Source: Podarcis pityusensis
Lineage: Eukaryota
Assembly (NCBI GenBank): GCA_964106645.2
Contig: OZ067041.1
Length of the DNA: 64,000 nt
Strand: one strand, 5' to 3'
This document shows positions 26,204 to 39,065 of this stretch, piece after piece. The notes under the pieces were generated by a model. The model was not told where the DNA came from and did not search any database. It was given only the letters and a program-made list of their open reading frames with translations. Numbering within the stretch: position 1 is the first letter of the stretch; every line of letters begins with the position of its first letter. Made by a program: the position numbers and the translations under genes.

Positions 26204-26648
26204 TTTGTATTGCTTGCTGATATACAGAGTATATGTTGGGGTGTCTTGATGTATTTTGTGAGTAACAAGGATCTCAGATGAAGCAAAATCTGTTTTAAGA
26301 AGAAAATTTGGTACATTTTAATTATCATATTGTAATCCTTAATGGCTTTGATCCAAAGGTTTCTTGCATGAGTGGAAAGGCATTTCTGTTTGTGCATCAG
26401 TCCTGCTAAATTTCTAAATCCCCTGCTCTGCTGTGCTATCTAGTGCCCCATTCCACATGGTTCCAGAGGGCCCTCAAACCTCAGAAATGGCTTTGGAAGT
26501 GGCAAAGGCATTCATAGTGTGGGGAGGAGCCAGGAAGGCCCTATTGCATCAGCAGAGATCAACTCCCTTTTTCCCCTGATCCAACTGTGTGATCAGAAGC
26601 TCGCAAACCACGTCTAGGTGAACATGCATTCTGGAGTTACCTGTGTTC

Positions 26649-26868
26649 CATAAGAACATAAAAAGAGCGTTCTTGGGTCAGACCAAAGGCCCTTCTATTC
26701 CAGCATCCTGTTCTCTTAGTGGCCAACGAGATGCCTATGGGAAGCTCACAAGCAGGCCACGAGTGCAGCAGCCCTCTCCCCACTTGTGATTCCCACCAAC
26801 TTTTATTCAGAGGAAAACTGCTTTCAAACAATGGAAATATAGCATAACCATCCTGGCTAGTAGCCACT
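26649..26868 (-). mobile_element. CR1-type 3' end or CR1-tailed repeat
   Basis: CATAAGAACATAA tail in reverse with CCAGCATCCTGTTCTC; related to 23905-23978 and 47545-47633. Confidence 0.6.
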
Positions 26869-26957
26869 GATCCTAGATCCTTTGCTCAACAAATATTTGG
26901 ATCTTGGATAAAGTATGTGTTGTTTACCACCATAATTTAAAGATCTATGCACTAAGA

Positions 26958-27216
26958 CAGGGGTCAGCAAACTTTTTCAGCAGGGGGCCGGTTCACTGTC
27001 CCTCAGACCTTGTGGGGGGCCAGACTATATTTTTTTTGGGGGGGGGAGGAATGAACGAATTCCTATGCCCCACAAATAACCCAGAGATGCATTTTAATTA
27101 AAAGGACACATTCTACTCATGTAAAAACACGCTGATTCCTGGACAGTCTGCTGCAGGCCGGATTTAGAAGGTGATGGGCCTGGATTCAGCCCCGGGCCTT
27201 AGTTTGCCTACCCATG
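26958..27216. mobile_element. hAT MITE, same family as 14307-14561
   Basis: Near-identical body and TIRs; TSD not preserved. Confidence 0.88.
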
Positions 27217-27368
27217 TCCTAAAAAAACCTCAGCAACTTCAGTCCTAAAAAAAGGTCAACAACCTTGGTCGGCCCTTTGGTCGGCCCTTCATGTCATCAA
27301 ATCTGGCCCTCTTTGAAAAAAGTTTGGACACCACTGGCCTAGGCCTAGTACAAGCTAAATATATAGTA

Positions 27369-27610
27369 CAGTGGTACCTCGGGCTAAGTACTTAATTCAT
27401 TCCGGAGGTCCGTTCTTAACCTGAAAGTGTTCTTAACCTGAAGCACCACTTTAGCTAATGGGGCCTCCAGCTGCCGCCGCGCCGTCAGAGCACGATTTCT
27501 GTTCTCATTCTGAAGCAGAGTTCTTAACCCGAGGTAATATTTCTGGGTTAGTGGAGTCTGTAACCTGAAGCATATGTAACCTGAAGCATATGTAACACGA
27601 GGTACCACTG
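27369..27610. mobile_element. Tigger-like MITE, family A (opposite orientation)
   Basis: CAGTGGTACCTCG TIRs with TA flanks. Confidence 0.92.
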
Positions 27611-28091
27611 TATAGACTTTATTACACAATTGTATCATCAGTAGACTGTCAATATGTATTGTAATTAATGGATATACAGGGCACAGTTTTTGCAAAACCA
27701 GAGATGCGATAGACTACAGATAAATGTGAAAGCATGGTATTGTGGCAGTGTCATGTAACTAAATCCAGTATTCGCAGAATCAATATCAGATTACAATCGA
27801 AATAAAAATTACATGAGGGTAAGCCTTCAATGCAAAACAGTATATTCAGTAAAAGAACTTATAAAAAGGGCCAAATAGGAAAGCAAGAAGATATGCCACA
27901 AAATACGTCAAGATAGTGAAGGCTACCTGTTTTGTTTAACAGTGGTCATAAAACAGCTGATCCTTTGTATCATCATTTCCCTGCAGTGAAGCTCTACAGT
28001 ACAGGCACACACATCAATCACTGGCACCAATAGCTAAGAGCCCTCTGTCTGTAGTGGCTCCTAGGATTTCTGTGTCCCTAATACGTTTCCT

Positions 28092-28368
28092 AATACTCCA
28101 ATAGGTTTGAGAGGCAGGACCTCCCATTGTAGAAGCCATGCTTGGCTATTTTATCTTTAACTGTACTTTCTACCACTTTTCCTGGGACAGACGTTACGCT
28201 GCAATTTCCAGGATCCCCTCTGGTTACCTTTTTATAGTTGGTGTTACATTGGCTGCTTTTGCAGTCCTCAGGTATGAAGGTTGATCTGAGCAACAAGTGA
28301 CATAGTCTTGCTAGAAGATCAGCGATTTCACATCCAGGTTCTTTGAGAGATTTCGGGTGGATGCCTTC
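28092..28368 (-). mobile_element. CR1 ORF2 internal fragment
   Basis: GIHPKSLKE, RGDPGN..SVTSVPGKVVES, HGF..GRSCLSNLLEY. Confidence 0.85.
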
Positions 28369-28789
28369 CAAACTTTGTCAATTTGTTAGGGTTCCCCCTC
28401 CCGCAATTAGGCCTAGAATTTCATTTCTCATCAACATAAAATGTATTATATTAGGAGAAATTGCTTGCAAAACTGTGTATTTAGTAGAAATGCACACCGA
28501 AATACTAACAATTTTTAGTCGGGACTTTATATAAACAAACAATTCACAGAATGTTGTGAAAATGTGGTGAACTGGATTTTAGATTGGGAAACAGAGAAAT
28601 TGATAGATTTGAGCCATCCCTTACTGAGTAGTTTGCTAAGCGGCAACTTTCCCTTCTAAACACTGCAGTTGTATATTACTTTTTAAAACTGATTGTTCCT
28701 TTCCTCATTTTTTATTTATAAATAAAACAATATAGGGTAGTCATATTACATGTGTGCATAAAACAATAATAGTTTATTAGTTTGATGTA

Positions 28790-29031
28790 CAGTGGTACCT
28801 CTGGTTAAGTACTTAATTTGTTCTGGAGGTCCGTTCTTAACCTGAAACTGTTCTTAACCTGAAGCACCACTTTAGCTAATGGGGCCTCCTGCTGCCGCCA
28901 CGCCGCCAGAGCACGATTTCTGTTCTCGTCCTGAAGCAAAGTTCTTAACCTGAAGCACTATTTCTGGGTTAGCGGAGTCTGTAACCTGAAGCGTATGTAA
29001 CTTGAAGCGTATGTAACCCGAGGTACCATTG
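28790..29031. mobile_element. Tigger-like MITE, family A
   Basis: TA|CAGTGGTACCTC ... GAGGTACCATTG|TA. Confidence 0.92.
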
Positions 29032-30976
29032 TATGTCCACTTGTCCCTTCTCAGGCAGCTTTGTGGGCAAACAGACATACATCAAACTAAGATGTATGCC
29101 CTCTTCTTCAAACTATCCACCTCCTCAGCCATCTTGTGCCTGTTACGTGTTATCAGTATTATGTCCAAGTATTATATGATTACTTAAACCAGCATTAAAG
29201 GGATATTTTTCCTTACATAACAACGGTACTTTGCGGCAGTTCCATTTTCTGTGCCCAATTGATTCTTGCCTGAAACATAAGCTCTCATTCGACTCAGTGT
29301 GTTGAGACTACCTTTAAGAAACCCAGAGGTATATCATAGATATACATATTTATGAAAGTGAAAATGTTTTAATGTTCTTTTCCGTTTTGAAGGAATTGGA
29401 AGAGTATGGCCTTAAAGCAAAATTCATAGTTTGGATTAAGGTGATTTAGCCAAGTACCCAAGTCCTTCTAACAATCGATGAGGACAGATCACAATCCTTC
29501 ATGCTAAACAGGCGGATGAGACAGATTTATGCTGCTTAACTATATCGGTTCAGATATTGTCTTTTTCATTGCAAGTAACTTCCATAACTGTCCCATTTTA
29601 AAAAAAAAAAACCTTCAGACTGTCTTGTGCATCTCAGACAATTGAAGGTCCATCCCATTTGATAGAGAATTAATCCAGGGAATTGAGATCACAGCAGGGG
29701 GCTGCACAGGAACGCTGCTGCTGCTGCATCTACCTCCCTTGCCAAACTCCTTCCTCTGTGCCTCCCTAACATGATTAGCGCTGTCAGTTTTGACAGAACT
29801 CATAGCCTGCTATGTGGTTGAAAAGGGAGATGAATTGAATGCCTGGATGAAGTCTTGTGCCTCCTTTCCTTAACAGGTAATGGGTGCACCCCAGGTATTG
29901 TGTTCACGTTCCCAACATGAACCTTTTGTACAGGTGGTGGTGAAACTCTTTTAGTGCGAACCAGTTTTTACATATAGATTGCTTTTGCTGGATTAGGATG
30001 ATAGAATGGTATCACAGAAAGCGGCACAGATTTTCTAAGTTCAGAGCAGGTAGAAAAGCTAGTCGGTATCAGTTTGCATAACCACTTAAAAGTGAACGCA
30101 TTTTCATAGTGGTTTTCTTAGAACACTTCAAATTATTATTATTTATTAAAATGTGCTACGGACCTGATGCTATCAGCTTGAAAGTAGTTGCAGAAATGCA
30201 AGGCACCACATTTGTCGTTGCATCCTTTCATGCCGTGACAATTACACAGCAATCCCTAAAGGTCATATCAGACCTTGGAGAGCGTTTGGCTGGCCTTGCG
30301 TGCCTCTGTTGGACTCATTGGATATTAGGGTCAGGGAGTTCCTGGTGTACCTCTCTTGCAGTGCTGGACATGTTTGTGCCTATGGTCCCTTTCATGCATT
30401 AGCCACATAAAGTGGACTCCATGGGATGATCAGGAAGCAAGGGAATACTCCTGCTCTTCACATCAGGCATACCACTGGCTGAACCCACAGCATTTCCATG
30501 CACTTGTGTGGATCTAGGCAGTAGACGATATCATTTACTCTGGCTCCACTGCTGTTTGAAGCTGATGTGAGAAACAATCCATATCTATCCTGTATTTACT
30601 TAATACTGCTGTTTAATGCATTTTCCTTCAAACCAGCTTCTATCTGATTTAAAAATGGAAGCCACATTTTCCTAGCGGTGAAACAAAGGTGTGTACATAT
30701 GAGACGTGAATAGGCATTCAGGGGAATTGCAAGTAGGGGGGAACCAAACAGGTAACGTGCATTGGGCGAAGACATGGCAGCCTCCTCTCTGATGTATACA
30801 GCAAACTTGAAACACAGTGGGGGGGAACAACCTCTCTGCTGATGTGTACATGGCCAAGTCTACAGGTGAGCAGCTCTAAATGTGTAGGCATCATCCAATG
30901 GCAACATGTGGATGTTTAGGGCTATGTCCTCATCATTGCATGGGTTCTCCTTCACATGGTTACTGTGATTGGGCAG

Positions 30977-30999
30977 TCAGTGAGTGAGTGAGTGAGTGA

Positions 31000-31052
<53 letters not shown>
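30977..31052. repeat. Compound microsatellite (GTGA)n(GT)n(GA)n
   Basis: Seen directly. Confidence 0.95.
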
Positions 31053-31055
<3 letters not shown>

Positions 31056-34000
31056 CTACCTTCTTAAATAGCACCAAATTGACAGACTGGGAAAAGCTAT
31101 TAGCACTGGTTTAATTCCATTAGTTTTAATGTCACATTGGTGTTATGACCCTTATTATATCTGACTGTATGGCTTCAGCAGCAGAATTTGAAGTCTGGGA
31201 ATCAGGAAATACACTTTTAATCCACTCATTTGGAATACTATAAAATTATTGATTGTATCAAATAGACCATGGCTGGGTTAGCTCCATGTTTCCTGAGTTT
31301 GAAGCTAAAGTTGCCTCTTCATATGAGAGGACCACAGGAGGAGATGGAACTTCCATTGTTAGGTGATACTTAAGTGGTGAATTTATTACATACAAGGAAG
31401 AGAACATCCCAGGCAATAAAGTTCAGCAGAATTTTACAGACTCATAATTGGTTCTTAGGACAACTTCATTTTTAGCAATAGTTACCCATCTCCATAATTT
31501 CCCAATGCTAATTTCCCAGCTGTGTAATTATTTGATAAATACAAGATTTATAAAGGATAACCTAATTTGCATGCATCATTTAATATATATTTTTTAAATA
31601 GAATATGTGATGGATTGCTTAGCTTGAGTTAGGAAATATATGAAGGCAAGTGGAACCTGAAACAAAATGTTGCAGAATGGAGTGCTTCTGTTCAGCTTCT
31701 AGTCTCTCCATTTCATTTATCACCACCCAACCCAGTTATTCATACCAAACCCCCCAGCAGCAGGGCCTGTGAGCATGCACCTTGAACTATTTTGAGGGGT
31801 TCCCCCCATCCTAAACATTTTCTCCACTTCTGCAAAACCTAGGGTTCCTCCCAGATCCTATTACCTCATAGTTCCATAAGGGCTTAAAGAATTGAGATTG
31901 CTATTTGAGGTGGGTAGCCTGCAACAAAATGTATGTGAGAGAGACAGGGCTGTTTTAAGCATATGTGGAGCTGGGGTGTAAAGATTCACCCAGTGCCCCC
32001 CCCCCAGTTTGCCCAGTCCCAGGTGCGCAGGAGGTGGAGCCGGTCGGCCACCTCAGCATCTCGCTGGCTCGGTTGCCCCCGAACACGTGGTGCACAACAG
32101 AAGAGCCCACTGCGGCGCTTTGACCAATGGGCAGGCTCTTCCCCGGACACAACTCTTGGGCCCCGGACTCTTGGCCTGGCGACCCTGAGAGCCTGGTGCC
32201 CGGGTGCCCCACACCCTTAGCGCTTATGGGTAAGATGGTCCTGGTGAGAGAAAGAGCCTTCAAAGTTCCCTCTGGCAAGAGGCTGCCCAGAGCCAATGGA
32301 TAGTTAAATGCTTATATCTATGTGTCTTTTCCTCTCTCCTGCTTTCCCATCTGGTTTTCAGTTTCCCCCCCTTCAACAGCCAACCAGCATTTTGTGAGCA
32401 ATGAGCATGCTTAGGTCCCATTGGACTGTCTTATGGGGTTCCTCTGCCTGGTGTCCCCCCCAAAAGAGATTTGTTCATGTGCTTCTGTGAATGTTGGTGT
32501 TACTTCCGAGTCTGCTGATGCCTCTCTCTTGTGTGGGAAGCTACCTTAATTGTGTATGCAGTTGTGTAGGCAACACTTACTCAATATAATTTTCAAAATG
32601 TGTTTGTTTACTCATTCACTTGAGGCATTTATGTACTGCTTAATCATTTACATTTCTAAGCAATGTATTCTGTTTCAAACATCCAGATTTTTAAAAAACT
32701 GGTTAAGATGGTGCACTTAGATTTGAGCCAGTTTACTTTTACCAGTGTCAGTGAAAGCAGTGAAGTTGACAGTCCTGATCAATTCCATCATACTGTTGGA
32801 GCTGAGAAGATTAGTAAGGTCATTGCCACATACGCAACCCTGACATGACAGTGACCAGGGAGGGGAACACAGATCATTGTGCCTGGGCTGGTGCAGATCC
32901 CAGGCCAGCTCAGCCCTGACCTCAAAAGCTTAGTTTTGGTGCTTTCCACTGACTGTGTTCAATGGAAATCCCATTCAGCAGGCAGAAGGCAGAGCTTCAA
33001 TTCAGTGAAACGACACTGGTATCACTTCTCAGGCAGCAGGAGGTCAACAGAGGAGTAGGGCTGGGCAGGCGGATACCTCTACTCAAACTAACCGTGCGCC
33101 CCAGTCCAACGAAAAGAGGGTTACATTGCTCTGTCCATCACCTAAATTATAAATGATTCCATTTGAGTGGATTGCCTGGTTTTAGGTTCAAAGCAAGAAA
33201 TCTTTAAAATCCTATGTGCCATTCAAATGTTTTATTGAATTCTTATGTTATTTTATTGCCATTCATTATGTAATATTTGGAATACCTATGTTCAAATTTG
33301 AACAGACATTCCTAACTTAACAGAGATTGTATATCAAAAAAGCCTGTTCCAGTAATCTTGGCTATTTGACTGATAATGTCAGTTTTACATTTCCACTATA
33401 TTCTCAAACTCTGATAGAATTATTGGCATATGTGAATAAAAATGACAGATGTATACCTTCTAGCATAAAAACCCAAATGATTTAGTATTATAATTTTGAC
33501 TATGGGCTTTTTTAATCTGCAGAAATAAAGCTTGATATTAGGAAAGAGATATAAATCTTTCGTGTGACAGGTTGAAACGGCATAAAACATAACTCACATA
33601 CCAATAATAGCAGTTCTTTTTTTAAAATCCCCATTCAAAATATGTATTTCTGTACAGCAGCAAACACAGAACGTCTCACCTTTGCCTCAAAAGACACTTC
33701 AATTCATCGTCTTTTGTATTGCTTTGTTGAAATCCCCTTTCTGTGTTTTTACTGAAGGTAATCGTTTCACCCAGAGCACATCAATTATAAATGTGCATGC
33801 ATCACTTGAAGTTGATTTGCATGGTTATTGCGGTGAATAGACAAAAGAGCAAGCTACCGTGGAAGGCTTATAATGATGAAGGCCCCACTTGGACCCTACC
33901 TTGATTTATGCTGTGGAGTTCGGGAGGCAGGATTTCACAGTGAAGCTTTTGTGGCAACATTAAATGGAATGACGCAACCTTTGTACTGTTTTATGTGCTC

Positions 34001-34115
34001 AGATGCAAAGTAATGAGACTTCATCCAAAGTCACAGTGACTGTTAAGGAGTTGTTTGTATAAAACCTACATGCCCAGAGTGTGGAACCCTAATTTTTTTT
34101 TATTAGAACCAAATG

Positions 34116-34117
<2 letters not shown>

Positions 34118-34166
<49 letters not shown>
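34118..34166. repeat. (TA)n(CA)n microsatellite
   Basis: Seen directly. Confidence 0.95.
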
Positions 34167-34589
34167 GTAGTGTTTCTTGAAAGCATAAATCTTGGGCCGT
34201 TCTTGGTTGCTTGCTTCTCGCCCAATAAATACATTGGGGTTTGTAAAGATAATATATTTGATAATATATTTTACACAACCTATGATAGTGTCCAGAATTA
34301 TTGATTATTAGAATGCAGCTTGTCTTCGGGACATTACTTCATTGCAAGCAGCATCTACATGACAGAAATTGTTTCAATGCGGGCAGCTCAATAGAATGTG
34401 AATTAAGTGACAGTGATGGATTTATTGAAAGACCTATGTTGCTATGGTAATATAAGCAAGGCCTGTTACACTGTTATTAGTCATTTGAGTAGTCCTGGAC
34501 GGTTTGTATGGACATGGTTAGGTCTTAGTCTTGACATCAGAGTTAATTTTAGTTGGTTTGCCAGTTTCCACTATCTTATATATATATAT

Positions 34590-34929
34590 GGACCCCTGAC
34601 CGTCAGGTCCAGTCGCGGATGACTCTGGGGGTGTGGCACTCATCTTGTTTTATTGGCCGAGGGAGCCGGCGTACAGCTCCCGGGTCATGTGGCCAGCATG
34701 ACTAAGCCACTTCTGGCGAACCAGAGCAGCACACAGAAATGCTGTTTACCTTCCCGCCGGAGCGGTACCTATTTATCTACTTGCACTTGACGTGCTTTCG
34801 AACTGCTAGGTTGGCAGGAGCAGGGACCGAGCAATGGGAGCTCACCCCGTCGCGGGGATTCGAACCGCTAACCTTCTGATCGGCAAGCCCTAGGCTCTGT
34901 GGTTTAGACTACAGCGTCACCTGTGTCCC
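34590..34929 (-). mobile_element. Sauria SINE lacking its ACCTTT tail, flanked by microsatellites
   Basis: Consensus body; (TA)n at the tail side and (TACA)n(CA)n at the head side. Confidence 0.9.
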
Positions 34930-37102
34930 ATAGATACATACATACATACATACACACACATATACATACACACACACACACAGCCTTTTCAATGTTTCCT
35001 TCCTTTTAATCCAGTGCTAGTTTACTATTGTACCAATTGCAGCATTTCTGAAACCAATAAAGCAATTTCTGGCTTTGAAAATAAAGCACAATTCAGTAAA
35101 CATCTGCTGCTCTCAGTATGCATTGTTTCAATAGCTCTGCAACAGGTGGCTCCAGAAATGCAGTTAGATTCCTCTTATCTCATAATTGCAGCTAGATTAA
35201 AGCAGGGCACAGAAGTAATTCATCACTGTAACATGAAAGGATGTGAGCGGAGAGGAGGTGCTTCTGTGAAGTCTTGCAAAATCAATAAAGCTATCCATTC
35301 TGACCACAGAAACGTGCCCTTCTCCTGCTATGGGTGAGCTTTATGTGTAGGTAAGTGGCAACATTTCCCTCTTTTTCACAGCTTGCTACTGTGTGCAAAT
35401 TGAAGCCTACAGGAAATAGCTAAAATAAAGTGTTAATAGCAAGTGCCTGCCTTAAATATTTTTAAACATCTGATGTAAAAACAAGATTTATTTCCCGATT
35501 TCTGTTTTAAAGACACATTAGGGGCCTTCTTCATACAAGTTTTCTACTCGTAATTTTTTGTACTCTATATAATACAACTCTGTGTGTGGCATGTAGTGCA
35601 CATTTCTTGCCTTTTTTAAAAGTTATGCATAAGCAGTGATGAGAAAATATATGGGCTTCTTGCTGGCATGTATTTTAAAGGAAAATATATACTGAGGGTC
35701 TGAATTCATTGCCAGCGTTTTCAGACAACCATTAGCATTCAAGGATTAGAATGAAATCTGATGTGTTAAGGCAAATTATCACACAGCTGGGTCTTCCCCT
35801 AAACAACAGTGGTCTCCATTATCTAGGACAGGGCTTCTGCTCTCAGTGAAGCTACAGGTGTGTTACAAGAGTTGGTGTCTCTTTAAGACAGCCTAACATA
35901 CACAGCAAATGCTTTCCTTAGGAGCAAAGAAGGGAACTTTCACAGAAATATTATAGAAGCCTAGCACTATGTCCTTTATGTGGGGTGGGTGAGGGGAATT
36001 TTTCCAGTGTTCCAACTTCTGAACAAGGAGTTACCATTTTTTTTGTCTTGAATTTGATAGTTCAAACCCATCCATGAGGGTTATAGAATAAGGTAATAAG
36101 ACTCCTCCCTGTATTATTTCTAATCAGAAATCCAATTTGTCACAGCTGAAATCCTTTTCAAATTATTTAACGTGTGTTGTTTGAATAAAACTGATTTTTT
36201 TAAAACAAGCAATTAGCCAATTGCCATATGCTCTGTCTCAAATCCTATAATTTCTTAAATATAATTTCTTTGATGAGCATGGGCTGAAGAACATTGCTGT
36301 TACACAGTGGCCTTGCATCGCCATCTGAAAGAAACGTCAGCTTGGATATACACACAGGCAATGCAGAGAGTGTAAAACTCTTCCATGCATGCACACACAC
36401 ACAGGAGAGCAATATTTCCTTCTAATGACAACATCTCACGTTACATTGGGTGCCTCTGTAAAAGGGCTCTCAACCCATGGAAGCAGGGAGGGTTTAAAGA
36501 GCCTGGGGATGGGTGGAAAGGATTTATGCCTCTATTGGGTTTACTTTGCAATAATAGGTTTAGGATCACAGCATTAGTGTTGTTAATGGCATCCATTTGT
36601 GGTATTTAAGCTACTTTTAGAACCACTATTTAATTTCTATTAGTATTTATCCTGCACTGTAAACAGACCGGCTGTTTATTGTTCTTACAAAAATTACTGA
36701 AACTGCAGCTTTTCAAGATGCCCGGCAGTTGATACCAAACAGTGAAGAATTCATCTGATTAATGGGCAATTCTACAACCCCCAAGAACATCATCCGTGTG
36801 GATGAATCCACCTGGGGCTATCTTGACTGCTTTTGTGCCATTTGGGTGCTAGGAGAGCATAAAAACTATCACATGCATTCATTTTTTCCCTGTCCCATTA
36901 TGGTCACTGGTCAAACGGGTTTTGCATTGTTTCAAAAAGCAGCACAGCTTGTCTGGACAGAGAGTGTAGTGAGACAGAAATATGTACGGTGACCAGGTAT
37001 AAGGAAAGGCATTCCTGTATCTTCAATTGCTGCCTAGAAGACTGATTTTTAACATGTTCAGTTTGTCCTATAGGGATGAGAAAAACTGCAGAGCCTGAAA
37101 TT

Positions 37103-38100
37103 CATAGAATTGTAGCATTGGAAGGGACCCTGAAGAGTCCAATCCCTGCAATGAAGGAATCTCAAAGCATCCATAACATGTGGCTATCCAGCCTCTGCTT
37201 AAAAACCTCCAAGGAAAGAGAGTCTACAACCTCCCAAGGGAGTCTTTGGGTTTGGACAGTCAACCAGCTACAAACCCACCTAACAGTAATCTCGTCCAGC
37301 CCACATTTTACCAGCTTCTTCACAAGAATATCATGGGGGAACTTTGTCAAAAGCCTTAGGGAAATCAAGATGCACTATGTCCACAGCACTCCCTGATCCA
37401 TCAACCTTGTAACTTTATAAAAAAGAAAGGAAGGAGATTAGTCTGCCATGACTTGTTTTTGAGAAACCCATGCTGGGTCTTAGTAATCACAGCATCCTTT
37501 TCTAAGTGGTCACCGACCAACTGTTTAATTATCTATTCAAGGTCCTTTAGTACCCTTGGGGTGCCACACATCAGGCCCTGGATATCTGAATTCATTTAAA
37601 GTGGGTAGGTGTTCACTTACCACCTCTTTAACTATATTGGGGTGTAGCTCCCTCCTTGCATTGTTCTGTTATTGGCCAGTTATGGGCACTGCTTTACTTT
37701 TGGGTGAAGACAGGTGCAAAGTAGGTGTTGAGCACCCAATAACATTTTTCCGTCTTCTTCACTCAGATGACCTACTACATGCTTGTTCTTCCTCTTGCTT
37801 TGAACATAGCCAAATAAACTTTTGACAAATTGTTTTTAACCTTTCTTGCATGCCTGAACTCATTCTGAGCTTTGGCCCACATGACCGTCACCCTGCAACT
37901 ATTAGCTACTCTTCTGTCATGATTTCCCCTTTCTTCCATTTCTTATAAATGCCTTTCTTAAATCTCAGCTCATCTGTAAGCTCCTTTTGCAGCCACACTG
38001 GTTTTCTTAGATGCCCCCCTCCTTTTTCTTGTTGGAATTGCCTGCACTTATACCTTCAATGTTTCATCTTTAAGAAACTCTCATCCATCCTGGACTCCCT
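37103..38100 (-). mobile_element. Internally deleted CR1 LINE
   Basis: 3' tail at ~37103; HDILVKKLVKCGLDEITVRWVCSWL joined to LPWEVVDSLSLEVFKQRLD; QHGFLKNKS further upstream. Confidence 0.85.
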
Positions 38101-38568
38101 ACTCATTTTCTCCAGCTGCTTCCTACTTTCTTGCCCTTTAGCAGGGTCCTGGAGCCCCACCTCCTAAAACCCTGCAAGAATAGCCTGTGATGCTGCTGCT
38201 GAGGAACTACTAAGCCTTCTTTCCCACTCGCAGGCTGATCAAATGTTTTCAGGAAGTTGCTGAGAGTTAAGATAGAGTGAGCCCAGCGCCATTCACTGTA
38301 GCCTGGACAAAGCCAGCTCCAACCACATCCCATCGGTGAAAGAGAGGCTTCATTTCTTTCTCTTCCACCCCTTCAAGTACTCCAGTGCGTCAGGGTTATT
38401 GTCCCCATCAGCTCCTTGCTAACTCCTCCCCCAACTCACTTTCTCATTCAGTCTGGGTTCCTCCTAGCAGTACCCCACTCCCCTCAGACCGTGTGTTATA
38501 GCAGAGCTCATGGCCACACCCACAAACAAACTCACCATGAAGCCTCCACACGGCTAAGAAAAGCAACT

Positions 38569-39065
38569 AAGGTTGCCATATTTCAAAAAGTAAAATTTCT
38601 GACACTCACAAAGTTGTTTTTAGTAGGAAACCACCCAAACTGTTAAGCCTTTTTTGGGAACAACCCAAACTGGGGAAGGTAAAGGTGAAGGTAAAGGGAC
38701 CCCTGACCATTAGGTCCAGTCACGGATGACTCTGGGGTTGTGGCGCTCATCTCGTTTTATTGGCGTACAGCTTCTGGGTCATGTGGCCAGCATGACTAAG
38801 CCGCTTCTGGCGAACCAGAGCAGCGCACAGAAACGCCGTTTACCTTCCCGCTGGAGCGGTACCTATTTATCTACTTGCACTTCGTGCTTTCGAACTGCTA
38901 GGTTGGCAGGAGCTGGGGCTGAGCAACGGGAGCTCACCCCATCGCGGGGCCATACATCTGGCTTTTCCCTGACATTTTGCCAATTCGGCAACATTCCCCC
39001 CTGACGCCATTTTAACACCCAAAAACCAGGACATGTCAGGAATTTTCCTGACGTATGGCAAGCCT
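38569..39065. mobile_element. Non-autonomous DNA element with (A)GGTTGCCATA-type TIRs (PIF/Harbinger-like), interrupted by a SINE
   Basis: Left end AAGGTTGCCATA...TTTCTGACA; right end TGTCAGGAATT...TATGGCAAGCCT. Confidence 0.55.
38677..38949 (-). mobile_element. Sauria SINE, 5' head missing
   Basis: Tail and body present; sequence stops at CATCGCGGGG, before the B box. Confidence 0.9.
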
